Shown here: in pieces, positions 45,663-57,600 of the stretch
How the letters are laid out: every line of letters begins with the position of its first letter
How positions within the stretch are numbered: the first letter of the stretch is position 1
NCBI GenBank assembly: GCA_965649825.1
Contig: OZ287711.1
Coordinates: 293,201-357,200, forward strand
Direction of reading: 5' to 3'
Source: Penicillus capitatus
Lineage: Eukaryota > Plantae > Chlorophyta
Length of the DNA: 64,000 nucleotides
Notes under the pieces: model-generated
Told to the model about the DNA's origin: nothing
The model's input: only the letters and a program-made list of their open reading frames with translations
The model's database searches: none
Program-made: the position numbers and the translations under genes

Positions 45663-48600
45663 ATGGAGAAAACAATTCTTGAGCTTCTGTGGAGGACGCG
45701 AGCGGAAGTACAGACGACATCCGTCGCGTCGTGTACAGCGCGTCCTAACAGCCAGGCCGTCGGTCGGAAGGATGGCGTCGATGACGACCTGCGTCTTGCG
45801 CTGCGCGCATTCGTCACGGAGTCGCATGTACGTGCGTTTAAGGTACGATGGCGATGGTGCGCGGAAGGTGCAGAGTGGCGGCTGTGTGGCTGGATCGAAA
45901 CGGCGGCGGCGGAGTGTCCCGAAGTGGTGTTGGTAAAACGCCGCCCCTTGCCTGTGACGCTCGAAAACTACCGGGCGAATCTGCGCTGCTATCGACTGGA
46001 GGCCGAGCCGTGGACTGGGTAAGCTCGCATCCCGCCGCCATCGCCACATCCACCCCGACGGTGCGGGTTTAGTCTACACCAGGAACTACGCTTTGTCTAT
46101 CGTCCGCTGCTGAAAACGGCGGCTGCGATGGAGTCTTTGCTCCTGGATCGAACGCTTGAGGAGTTGGAGAATGTGATGGACGAAGGGGAGAGGGCGGCGG
46201 AGATTGAAGTTGGCGTGTTGGCCTCGTGGAGGACGATACCGAGTGGGGCGTCGTGTAGGAGATGGTGCGGAATATGGCGCTCGAGGATGCGGTGAACGAG
46301 GAGGCGTCCGTTGCCGCTCTGGTGGTGACCGTTCGCGACGAGGCGCTCTTTTGGAGAGCATTGCTCAACGTGTATCGCGGTTTGTCCTGCCGCCGTTCTT
46401 CGCCGAAGACGCGGCCGCGGCGCAGGTTCTTCCAACGAGAAGACGCTGGCGACCGTTGTGGAGGAGGTTGACAAATTGATGACGTTATGGACAGGACTGG
46501 CCGCTGCCGACGGGACAAGCGTCGAGACGCAACACCTCCTGCGCGAGGCCTTGTGTCGAATGCAGTCGTTGTGGGGAATGGCATCGCGTGCGGAAGGACA
46601 GACGTGTTGGCTTTTCGGTCAGAAACGCATGGACCGTTTGCTCAACGGCTTTACGCGTCGACTGATGCATCGGATCCAGGTCGTCCCTGACGCGTGGCGT
46701 GAATCGGTGATGAAGTGAAGGAACTTCAGGTGATCTGCGCATCTTCGGATCTCGACGCCACAGATGTCGGCGCTTTTCGACATGCGCTCAACGGTTGGAT
46801 CGACGCGATGTGTTATTGGGAGGAGGCAACGAGGGTGACGCGCCGTGATTGGCAACTGGGTGTGGACGTTCCTGGTCACCTATGGGAAGGAAAGATGGAA
46901 CGTCTGCCGCTCGTCTCGACGTTAAAGAAACGTCTGGAGCAGGTGTGGGAAGAGTGAGAGGCAGCGGGAGCGATGTGTGAGATGTAGTTAGTGGAATGGA
47001 GTGTCTGTCATGAAGAAGCGCGCCAGCTGCTGGCAGAGACGTCGGATGCCGAGATGCCGACCCACGCTGACGTCTTTGAACCGTTCCACCAAATCGGCGC
47101 GCTTTCGTGGATGGATGATCGTCTGTGGACGTCAGCCGAACGTCAGTTTCATCAGAAGCTCTCATGGATCGAGCGCGACCTCGAACAGAACCTCGAAAAG
47201 CGATTACGTCATAGGACTGGCCGTCGAGGCGGCTTGATGTGACAGGCGGCGCTGTAGGGGATGTTTATGTACCGCGTCTTCAGGCGGCGTGGGATGGACG
47301 TTCGGAGTTGGAGGGGTTCCGCGTGCTCGACGATCTTCGCAAGATTCGACATCTGCTGCAGCGCCCGGTGCTTCGGCAACTGATCCACGGGTCATGCCTC
47401 GAGGAAGCGGTATAGGTCATCAAGTCGTGTGCGATGTGTGGCAGTCGGTATGCGATGGACAGATGGATCTCTTCGTCCAACGGATGCGTGTCGCTTGGGA
47501 CGCGCATCGACAAGAGATGACGTCGTGGGAGGCAGACGTCGAGAGGGAACAACGCAACGGGCAATTCGCCGAAATCTACCGAGCGACGTTGCAATGGCTG
47601 CAGCGCGCTGAGACGGCGATCGGTGCGATGGACGGTCTCTTGATCGAAGACGACGACGATGTCGAAGAATCGTCCAGCGAAGCGGCGGCGGCTTTGCTCC
47701 GCGACATCCAGCAACGCGCCCAGCAATGCTTAGCATCGTGGGAGGTGGGCGTTCTACCTGACCACCGATAGCGTATGAACATTGGATGCACGACAGACGT
47801 CGATGCTGCAGTGGACGCGACGCCTTGGCGAGACAAAGAGACAAGCGCTCGTGCGTTTCGACTCTCGAACGAACCGAGTCGAGATTCCGCACAGTCAAGA
47901 GCTGCTGCTTTTCGTCGAGGAGGTCGTGCCAATCGGCCCCCGACGTCGCGGCGAATGTGTGTCCTCTAGGTTCGGACGGTCAGCGGTCGACACGGTGTCG
48001 CGCTATCGAAGGCGCTGCGGGATGAACTGGAGGACGCGGAAAAGCGATTTCGTCACGGGGCGCTTCTCCTACGCGTCGTGCATTTCCACAACGAAGCCTC
48101 CTTGCAGATGCTGCCCTTTCACAAGCCGCTCTTGCTCGACGATGCCGCGCACTTTGAACAGGCATTGATGCATCCCGTCGATGCCTTGGGCAACGTGATC
48201 ACCTGGGAGGACACCGCATCGTTGGATCTCTACTGCCAGAAACTTGAGCGATCGATGCAGCGCCTCGTCGATCGAAACACGTCGGCGCACACTTCCCGCC
48301 ATCCAAAGTGTGATTCTATGTGTGATGCAGACGGCTGCGCGAAGCGCACGAGAAGATTCAGCGACACTTCGAGCAGCTGCCAACGGAGAGGCGGCGGCAA
48401 CGTCAGTGGGATGCGGTCGTAACAGCCGCCGAAGAGATCCTTGCGGCACCGGAGGTTGGCGGGGAGAACGCAGAGGGGCAGGAGATGTGGCGCCGTGCTC
48501 TCGACGCCCAGCTGCGCGATATTGTCGAGAGGTCCCTTGCTCAGACGCTCTCCGATCTCATCGCCTACCTGTCCCGATCCCACGTCGAGCTTGGCGATGC

Positions 48601-51600
48601 AGAATGGCTGCCGCAGCTCGACGTGCGGCTGTCTTTGCGTAACCAGGCGCTGCAGTCGGTACCGTCGTTCGAGGAGCTGCGCTCGACGCTCGTGATGTCC
48701 TATCTCAATCCATCCCTGCGCGAGGCAACGACGGTTAGGAGTTTGTCGCGACGCCGTCGCGACGTGGCTTACGCCGAAGGGGTTTTGGAAAATTGCGCCA
48801 AGGACATCGGGCAGCTCTATGGCGCCGTAGAGACGCTCGTCAGTCGTCTCAGCGACGATATCAAGAAACAACACGTACGTCTGGCGCTATGCCCTTCGTG
48901 CCCTTCAGCTCGCCTTCACAGGAGCGGGTTTCCTTTGTCTGCCTCGACGTCGAGGATCTCGTGCCGCAACTGACGGATCCCGTTCAATGGCGAGATGTCT
49001 TCGCTGCGTTGCGCGAGTGCCGACAGACGTTGGCGTCACTGCCCGTCGAGAAATCCCTTGGCTGCCTTCGCATCTCGCTCTTTTCAGTCAAGACCGAAGC
49101 GCATCAGCGATTGGACGCTCTGCACCGTGGCCTCGTGGACGAGCTGCAGCGTCGCGTGGCAGAAGAGATGGAGGAGATGCATCGCGCCGTCCATCGCGGC
49201 AGAGAGATCCTCGAGACCGTGCCGCAGTCCATTGCCGATATGGGACGAAATCTGGTGGAGACGCAAGGCATCGTCGATGGACTAAACGCCTTGCTGTGCA
49301 ATAAGAAGCTCGTTGGGGAGTACGTGGAAGTGCTCTCCGATCACGCCGGATGTCATACCTTCGCCGAAGAGCACCGATATCTCACGGAGCAGTGGGATGC
49401 GTTTCTCACTCAGCTGCAACGCCAAGGAGATTTCGTCGAAACGAAAAGAGTGACATTCGTGGCAGAGCTGACGAAAAAAGTGTGACCTATGGGGAGGATT
49501 CGATCGAGATGCCAAATCGTTCACCGTAGGCCGACGCCCTTCGCGAGCGCGTCGCCTCGGCATCGCTGCGATGGCAGGAGCTGAAACTGATCGAGGCAAA
49601 CGACGTCGCCCTGGACGTGGCGCTTCTCCGCATTCGGCAGTTCGAAGACGAGACGGCTCAACTCCAGTCTGAAATCACTTCCCATTGCCAGGTGGTCACC
49701 TCAACGACGCACGTCCCTCGTATGGACGCGTCGGACAGGAATACGTGCGTTTTGGAGAGGACGTACCGTCGTTTGAAGAGCTGCCTCTCGTGCAGCAGGA
49801 CATTCAGCAGGTCAAAGAGAACTGGCGGCGCTACGATGCGTTCAGCCGCCAAAAGACGGCACTGTTGGAGACGTCGTGGCTTATACTTCGCCAAGAGGTG
49901 CGTACCTCTTCGGCTCCGTCGGTCAACCTCGTTCTCAGGTTGGCAAAATCGAAGAGCTTGTTGCCGAGGCGACGGGACACGTACCGTCGGAGAGGCGTTC
50001 GTCAGCGTGGATGCTGCGAATGTATCGCGATGTGGAAGCTATGGAGAAGCTGCTGCCGTACCTCACTCTTTTACGCGGTATGCACTGGGAGCGACGTCAT
50101 TGGTCGCAGCTCTTTCGACTCCTCGACGCACCGAAACGCAATCTCTCCATCGACGACCTCACTCTTAACGACCTCGTCCAACTGGCCTACCCGATCGCCC
50201 TTCACAGCGAAGCCATACGCGAACTCGACGCCCAGGTACATTTCCATCAAGATGTGACCGTTTTTGCCGATTTCTAACCGTAAGGCACAAGGCGAGGCAG
50301 CGCTGCGAGGGTCGCTGGAGGAATTGAGTCTGTGGGGTTTCGAGAGAAGGTTCGATCTCGCTGCATCGGACGCGACGTCTGTGGTCATCACACAATGGAC
50401 GAAGCTCATGGACGAAGTGGAGGATCACCTGAACCTCGTCGCCACGCTGCGGCAGTCACCTCACAGTCACTTGATGAAGGCACGATCGCTGCATCGCTGC
50501 GGTGCGTCAGCAGATGTCGCGCAGGAGGAGATCGACGCATGGGCTGCACGTCTGGATCGCCTGACGACCGTGCTACACACCACGAACAGCGTCCAGCAGA
50601 TATGGACAGAGCTGGCGCCGCTTTTTCAGAAAGGCTCGCGACTGCCGCTGCTCTATCTCTTCACTCAGGCCGATCAGAAATTTCGCACACTCATGGCCGC
50701 CATCGAGAAAGACGCCCGTGTGGTGCGGCTCACAGAGGTGCCGCGTATTGAAGGCGCCCTCGGGGAGATGCAGGAAGCGCTGGTATCCTGTCGCGCATCG
50801 CTGCATCGTTACATCGAAGAGCAGCGCCGACGGTTTCCGCGTTTCTACTTTGTGGGAGACCACGATCTTCTCCTCTTGCTCGGAAACGGCACGCGTCCCG
50901 CCGAATGGCGCAGCAAGATTCAGAAAATTTTTCACGGCGTAGCCGCCATCGAGGTCACCGTCGCCTTCTCTCCGCGGCACGCCCACGGTGTCGGATATAG
51001 ATCGTGGAGGGCGAACCGCGCTGCGTTGCATCGATCGCGTCGGAGAAAGGCGAGAAGCTCAAGCTGGACGCTTCTGTCGCGATGACGGACGATCTGTGCG
51101 CCTCGCTGCGCGAACTCGAATCGCAGATCGTCGCATCTCTGAGAGGCTGCCTCCCGGCCGCCGAAACGGACACTTGTCCATCGCAGATTTCCAGTCTGGC
51201 GGCGTCGATCGCGTTCACGGCCGACGTAGAGGCGGCCATACAGAACGGCACGCGATCTCAGCTCAGAGAGACCCTTCATCGCCATTTGTGTGACATCACA
51301 CATGTACAGAAGTGTGACCACGATGGGCTGCATCGCCTGAAGAGCAGCGGCCAGCTCATGGACGCTATCCGGCAGCTGGACATCCTTGACGACCTCATTC
51401 AGAAAGACGTCACCGACGTCAGCGCGTGGGAATGGACCAAGCACCTTCGATACTACAAAAGAGTGAGATCTCACACATCGCCTCACGGCGACGACGTCCG
51501 TATGCACCTGTTACACGGCGTCTTCGACTATTCCTGGGAATTTCTCGCCGTCGATCGGCGCTTTGTCCACACGGCATTGACGGAGAAGTGTTTTCTGGTA

Positions 51601-54600
51601 TTGACCCAGGCCATGGCAACGGGCTTCGGCGGAAATCCGTACGGTCCGGCCGGAACGGGCAAGACCGAATCTGTCAAGGCACTTGGCCATGCGCTCGGCC
51701 GCGATGTCCTCGTCTTCAACTGCAACGACGCGTTCGATGCATCGAGTATGGGGCGCATTTTCGTTGGCCTCTTGAGCTGCGGGTCGTGGGGATGCTTCGA
51801 CGAATTCAACCGACTCGTGCCGCACGTCCTCTCCGCCGTCGCCCAGCACATCCATACCATCCAGGCAGGATCTCACTCTTTTTTCGCACTCTTACTTCGC
51901 GCTGCTAGACTGGAATGCGCGAAAAGAGTGAGAACATTGCGTTTATGGACAGAAATGTCCCGCTGCATCCGAACGCCGCCATTTTTGTGACGCTCAATCC
52001 GGCGGGCAAAGGATACGGTGGACGATCGAAGCTGCCGAGCAATTTGCAGCAGCTTTTCCGTGGGGTGTCGATGACGTACCCGAACCACGAGCACATAGCT
52101 CAGGTTCTGTTCAGGGTCGAAGGATTCCGATCCGGTAAGCAGCTCGGTACCAAGCTCGTGCGTTTTTTCGACGCCTGTCGAGAATGCCTCTCGGCCGAAC
52201 GGCACTACGACTGGGGACTGAGATCGATACGGACCGTCTTAAGTATGGCAGCGAAGATCCTGCAGGTCACCTGATCCCTTCATCAGGATCGCCGCCAGAT
52301 GCGTCCCTAGGCAGAGGAGACGGACGAAACGGCCTGCCTCGTTCAGTCTATCGAAGCGACCAAGCTTCCGGCGCTGCGTATCGAAGACAGAGATGTCTTT
52401 ACCGAGCTGCTCTCTAATTTCTTTCCGGAATCGCCGACAGCGACGAGCGCCGTGTCCCCGCGCAAGGCATCGCTGTGTGCGGCCGTGGAACGCGCGGCGC
52501 GTGAGGCGAAGCTGCAGCTCAGTGCCGAGCAGCGAGAGAAGGTGTGGCAACTGCACGTTGCGTTGCAAGAGCGAGGCGGCGTCATTTTGGTGGGCGCATC
52601 ACGCAGCGGCAAGACTACCGTCTGGAAACTCCTTCAGCGATCCCTCGCGCTTCTCCAAGCGTACCTTGTGGCACTTTCCTCACCCTCCGCAGCGCTGATG
52701 GCGTTCAGGGAGCCCAGTGTGCATATCATGTGTCCAACAGCGATGGAGAAGCGGCGTTTTGTGGGATGGATGGATGTGAAGACAGGCGAATGGCACGATG
52801 GCGTTTTGGCGCAGGCGGCGCGATCGGTGACGCGCGATTCGGAGACACAGGCGCAGTGGATCGTCTGCGACGGCGACATTGACCCCGAATGGATGGAATC
52901 GCTGAACAGCGTTCTCGATGACAACAGGCATCCAACCATCGATGGCTGCCGCCCGTCGCTGGAGAACCGTCGACATTTTGTGTGTCTAGGTTGCTGACTC
53001 TGGCCAATGGCGAGCGGTTTCTCTTTGCCGAGAACGTGAAGTTTCTCTTCGAGTGTTCGCATCTGGACTTTGCCTCGCCGGCGACGGTTAGCCGATGTTC
53101 TGTGGTCTTCTTCTCGGAACCGGTCTACCGTTCGGTCTTCCGCATAGCATCGGGTTACACTCTTTTTGCGATGTCACACTTTTGGGTGACGGTGTGTAGT
53201 GGCAGATGATATTCGGGAGGAGGGAAGGCGGATGTTGGACAGCGTCGTGCAGTGGTGGTGGGATGCGCTTCCGGACTGGCCAATGCCAAGGGACTGGTTT
53301 TACAGAGCCCTTGACGCGCATCTCGCCGAGAGCCAAACGGTCGGCGACTTAGTCGCGAACATTTTCGCTTGTTTTCGCGGATTCCTCACGCCAGAGCAGG
53401 TGGCGGCGCTTCGATCACACATCCAACAGCAGTACGTCACATCACTCGATCGATCACTCGAACCTATACTCTGCTTTATTCCAGGAAGCCTGATGTGACA
53501 GGCGTGGAGAGCGCGTGCGAGGCGAAGATCCATCGATGCATTCCGGAAGGCGGCTACGGTTCGTTGCTGGCAACGGAGGGTCTGTGTCAAGGTCTTGCAT
53601 TGCTGATGCCGTGGATGGCGACAGGCGCGCCTGTTGTCCTCATGGGCGATATCGGATGTGGTCGATCGACGGTTATGCACGCCGCTCTTGAGCAGACCTA
53701 CGGTGCGGCATTCCACTGCGTCGAAGTGCACTGCCACGCACAGACGACGCCGTCCGTCGTGATCGACACCCTTCTCCACGTCTACAACTTCCGCGCAGCT
53801 TCCGGCGAGGCGACAACGCTACGAGCGAAAGACGCCAAAAAGATCGTGCTGTTTCTCAGAGATCTCGACGTGCCAAGGTAGGCGGCCGTTTTCCACGAAA
53901 GGACGTCGAAACCTCCGGCGACGTGATCTAGAGCGGGAAACTACCGAACTGTGCAGCTCCATGCGTTTCTCCGCCATTTGATCGCGCACGGCGAGATCCG
54001 AGAGGCGGCGCTGGGCACCATTCGCGTCGAGGATCTGCACATCGTGGCAACGACGACCAACACAGAACCGCACAGCGAAGAGTGGCTGCGCTTCCTCTCG
54101 CTCTTTCACGTGGCGCGAATCGGCGCCGCCCCTTCGTCAGATATTGAAGCCGTATGTCGCCGAGCCTTCGACGCTTCTCTCGCGAAAACTCATCTGCCCG
54201 TTGCCGATGTGCAGCGGCTTGGATCGGTCGCATGGCATTCGAAAGTGGCGGCGCTCTACGAACGTCGTCGACGCTGCGGCGAGGTCATGTCGCTCTGACG
54301 GTTTTCTTTAGGACTGCGCGAAAATCGTCGAAGGGACCGTCGACGCCACGTGACCCTGAAGAGTGTAACGCGATGGATACGTGGATGGACGCACTGCGCC
54401 GTTACAACGGCAGAAGGTACACCGCCCTTCGCTGCACGCAACGGACCCCATCTCAACGACTGTCCAGAATTCGAGCAGGCGCTTATTCGCGAGTATGAGC
54501 GACAGCTGTGCGACGCCTTGCCCTCCGAAGAAGAACGCCACGCATTTCGGACGGTGTTTAACGACGTTTTCCACTTTGGTACGGAACGTCGAGCCGCCAC

Positions 54601-57600
54601 AGACGAATCCGTCATCTCTACTGCGCCGTCAGGTCCCGCCGGCGACGAAGATGTGTGGATTCCGCCCGGTGCTCTGACAGAAGGGCAAAGCGCAGCGTGC
54701 GACGGTCGTTGGTTCAGAGTCGCGTTGGCAGAACACACAAGCGTCGTCCAGGAACGCTTCCGTCTCTTTTGCCAAGAAAGTGAAGATACCGCCATGGCGT
54801 TCTCTCCTCAGGTCTGCTTCCTACTCAAAACGCAAGCGTGTTTGGCAAGGAGGCTGCAGATCGTGGGTGAGCACCTTCAGATGCTGATGCACGTCCTTGG
54901 GCAGAAAGACGAGGCGTCGCTCGTTTTGACCGGCGCGTGGGGATTGGGCCGCCGGACGATGGTTCGTTTCTTGTGCCATTGTCTCGGCTACCGTTTCCGC
55001 ACGCCGTTTGCCACACAAGGCTTCGCTTTGCGGCATTTCGCGGCGTTTCTCAAAGACGTCTTGGTTGAAGCCGCTATACACGGCAACCGTGTCTGTCTCT
55101 ACCTAGACGAATACCAGATCGTCGACGAACGGATGTTCGATCACATCCACGACCTCCTGAGCTCAGGAGAGGTCCGCCGAACGGAGCCTCTGCTTTGGTA
55201 ACGTCTGTTGCCTAGGTTCCGGGTTTGATACGAGAGGAAGACCTGCAGCCGCACCGCGCTGTGCTGGGATTACACGGCACCGTTCGCCTTGCCGAATTGA
55301 AGAGCGTCTTCGCCCAACGCGTCCGAGAGCACCTTCGTATCGTGCTCAGTTTCGCCAGCGATGCCGCGACGGTGCAGCGACGTATGTACAGCTATCCAGC
55401 GCTGCGAAGGAAGTGCTGGTGGAAGCATCTGATGCCGTGGAACGACGAGACGCTGGAGATGGTGGCACGTCACATCATAGATCGGGAGCTGTCGAATCTG
55501 GACGACGCGAAAGAGGCCGATGCATTGGTGAAGGGCATACTTCAGATACACCGCGCCCGACCGCACCTCTCCGGGCGGCGGTTTGTCGCGTGTGTGCGTC
55601 TGTTTTGTCGACTGGCTCGCGAAAACGCAGCGGATGTCCAGAAAAGGATCACGTTTCTTAAAGTACAGCGCTGAAATGTGTGCCCTGGATGTCGGGGATG
55701 CTTTTTGGAATGTAGTCTGGGCTGTCGAAGTTGGCCGAGGCAGAGGAAGAGACGCAGGCCGCCGCAGCGGAGATCGCTGAACAGCGGGTTGAGCTCGAGG
55801 CGAAGCAGCGAGCGGCAGAAGACGCCCTCGAAAAGATCGCAGCGTCAATGTCCTCGACGGCCGAGCGCAAGCAATGCGCAGACGACCTACGGTTGAAGCT
55901 GCAGACGGAAGAGGTTTCATTCTTTGCTACCGAACGTACCAACAAGGCATGTCTCGCAGGGGACGCTAGGCGATCGGAGGTCCTGCGTGGAGAACGAACT
56001 GCGAGAAGTGCAGCCGATGATCGATGCGGCGAGGGAGGCAGTGGGATGCATCCGATCGGATAGTCTAAATGAGATCCGGTCGCTCAAGATGCCGCCAACG
56101 GCGATCCGAGATGTCTTGGAAGGCGTTCTGATGACGCTCGGGCAGCGAGACATGACATGGAACAGCATGCGACGGTTCCTCGCGAGCAAAGGCGTCAAAG
56201 ACAGCATCCTGAACTTCGACGCACGTTGCATGACGAAGAACTCCGTGATACAGGTCCACTCGCTCTCGACTGCCGAGCATTGGAGGGGGATCGAGGTGTG
56301 TTAGGTGGAGAAGCTGCTGGCGGCGAAAGGGACGTCGTTTGAGGAGGGAGTGATACGGAGAGTGAGTGTGGCGGCGGCGCCGTTGGCGGCGTGGGTCAGA
56401 GCGAACCTCGCCTTTCGACAAGTGGCATTTCGAGGGGCGAGTGTCCGAGAGACGTACGTCGCTGTCTAGGCATTGGATTCTGTCCGGCCGCTGGAGGAGA
56501 AGCTTGGTGACCTGACGGATTCGCTCGAGTGTATGAAGGGTCAGTTAGAGACGTGCCAGGTGGAGGTGCAATCCCTTGAAGAAGAGGTACGCAGGACTGT
56601 CGTAGACGTTTTGCTTTTATTTTGGAGTTTTCAGACGGTGACGCTAAAGACGGCGTTTCAGAAACGCACGGGAGAAGCCGAGTGTTTGAGAAACGACGTG
56701 GAGAAGGCGGAGAGCCGTTTGACCGCGGCACGGGATCTGTTGCGCAATCTTTCGGAAGAGAAAGCGAGATGGGAACAGACGTTAAGCGAGCTGACCTCAG
56801 CCGCCAGCCAAACCACACGCCGTGCGCTTCTGGCGGCTGCATACGTCAGCTACCTTATCTCCGAAGAGCCTCACGACAGAAGAGTGACGACAAAGGTATC
56901 TCACTCTTTGTGACGTCTTCGTACGTCAGCCGCCGGCGGCGGTTTCAGGAATGGTCAGTTTGGCTTGACGTGCCGGACTTTGATATCTCCCGTCTGGCTG
57001 TGATAACGACAGCGGCGCCTTCCGAGACCATCTTACCAGATACGGTCTCGGGCGAGAATGCGTTCTGCCTTCGGACGAGTGTTATCTCACCTTTCATCGT
57101 CGATCCGTCATCCCAGGTGCCGTCCTGCCCGACGCCGCCGCCACCCGGAGCATAGCCTTAGGTGATGTCATGGCTGCCGGCGATGCTCGAGAGACAAGGC
57201 GCAGCGGTGGAGGTGCATTCTATGTCCGATTCCAAACTGAACAGCGCGCTTGAACGTGCCGTGCGTTTTGGAAAGACGCTTATTCTGACCGATGCGGAGA
57301 GAATCGATCCGGTGTGCATCGAGGCGCTGAGATCGAGATTCGGAACGGCCGAGAAGATTCACGTCGGTCAGCGTCTTGTTGAAGTGCACGAGGCATTCCG
57401 CCTGTTGATGATCGCCTCGGACGATCGGCACCTCGAGGCGCATCTCAGAGATCTCGTCGCCGTCGTCCACTTCGCCTTATCCGCTGTGGGACTCGAAGGT
57501 GCCGTTTCGTGATCGCGTTTGCCACGGCGAAGTGGCGGCTGTTACAGAGAAGCTCCTGAATCTGGCGATCCAGGTCGCCTCACCTGAAGTGGAAGGCCAC

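Larger units (their letters stand above)
26238..56908. repeat. Dispersed short motif family TCTCACTCTT(TT) and GTCACATC, both orientations
   Basis: 16 exact TCTCACTCTT/AAGAGTGAGA copies located by eye (coordinates in findings). About 25 GTCACATC/GATGTGAC copies fall in the same interval. Confidence 0.88.

Noticed and set aside
46020-47257. Nucleosome-periodic intron spacing in dynein
   Set aside because: Resolved donor spacings (189, 171, 300, 263, 265 bp) share no obvious period. A genome-wide test would be needed.
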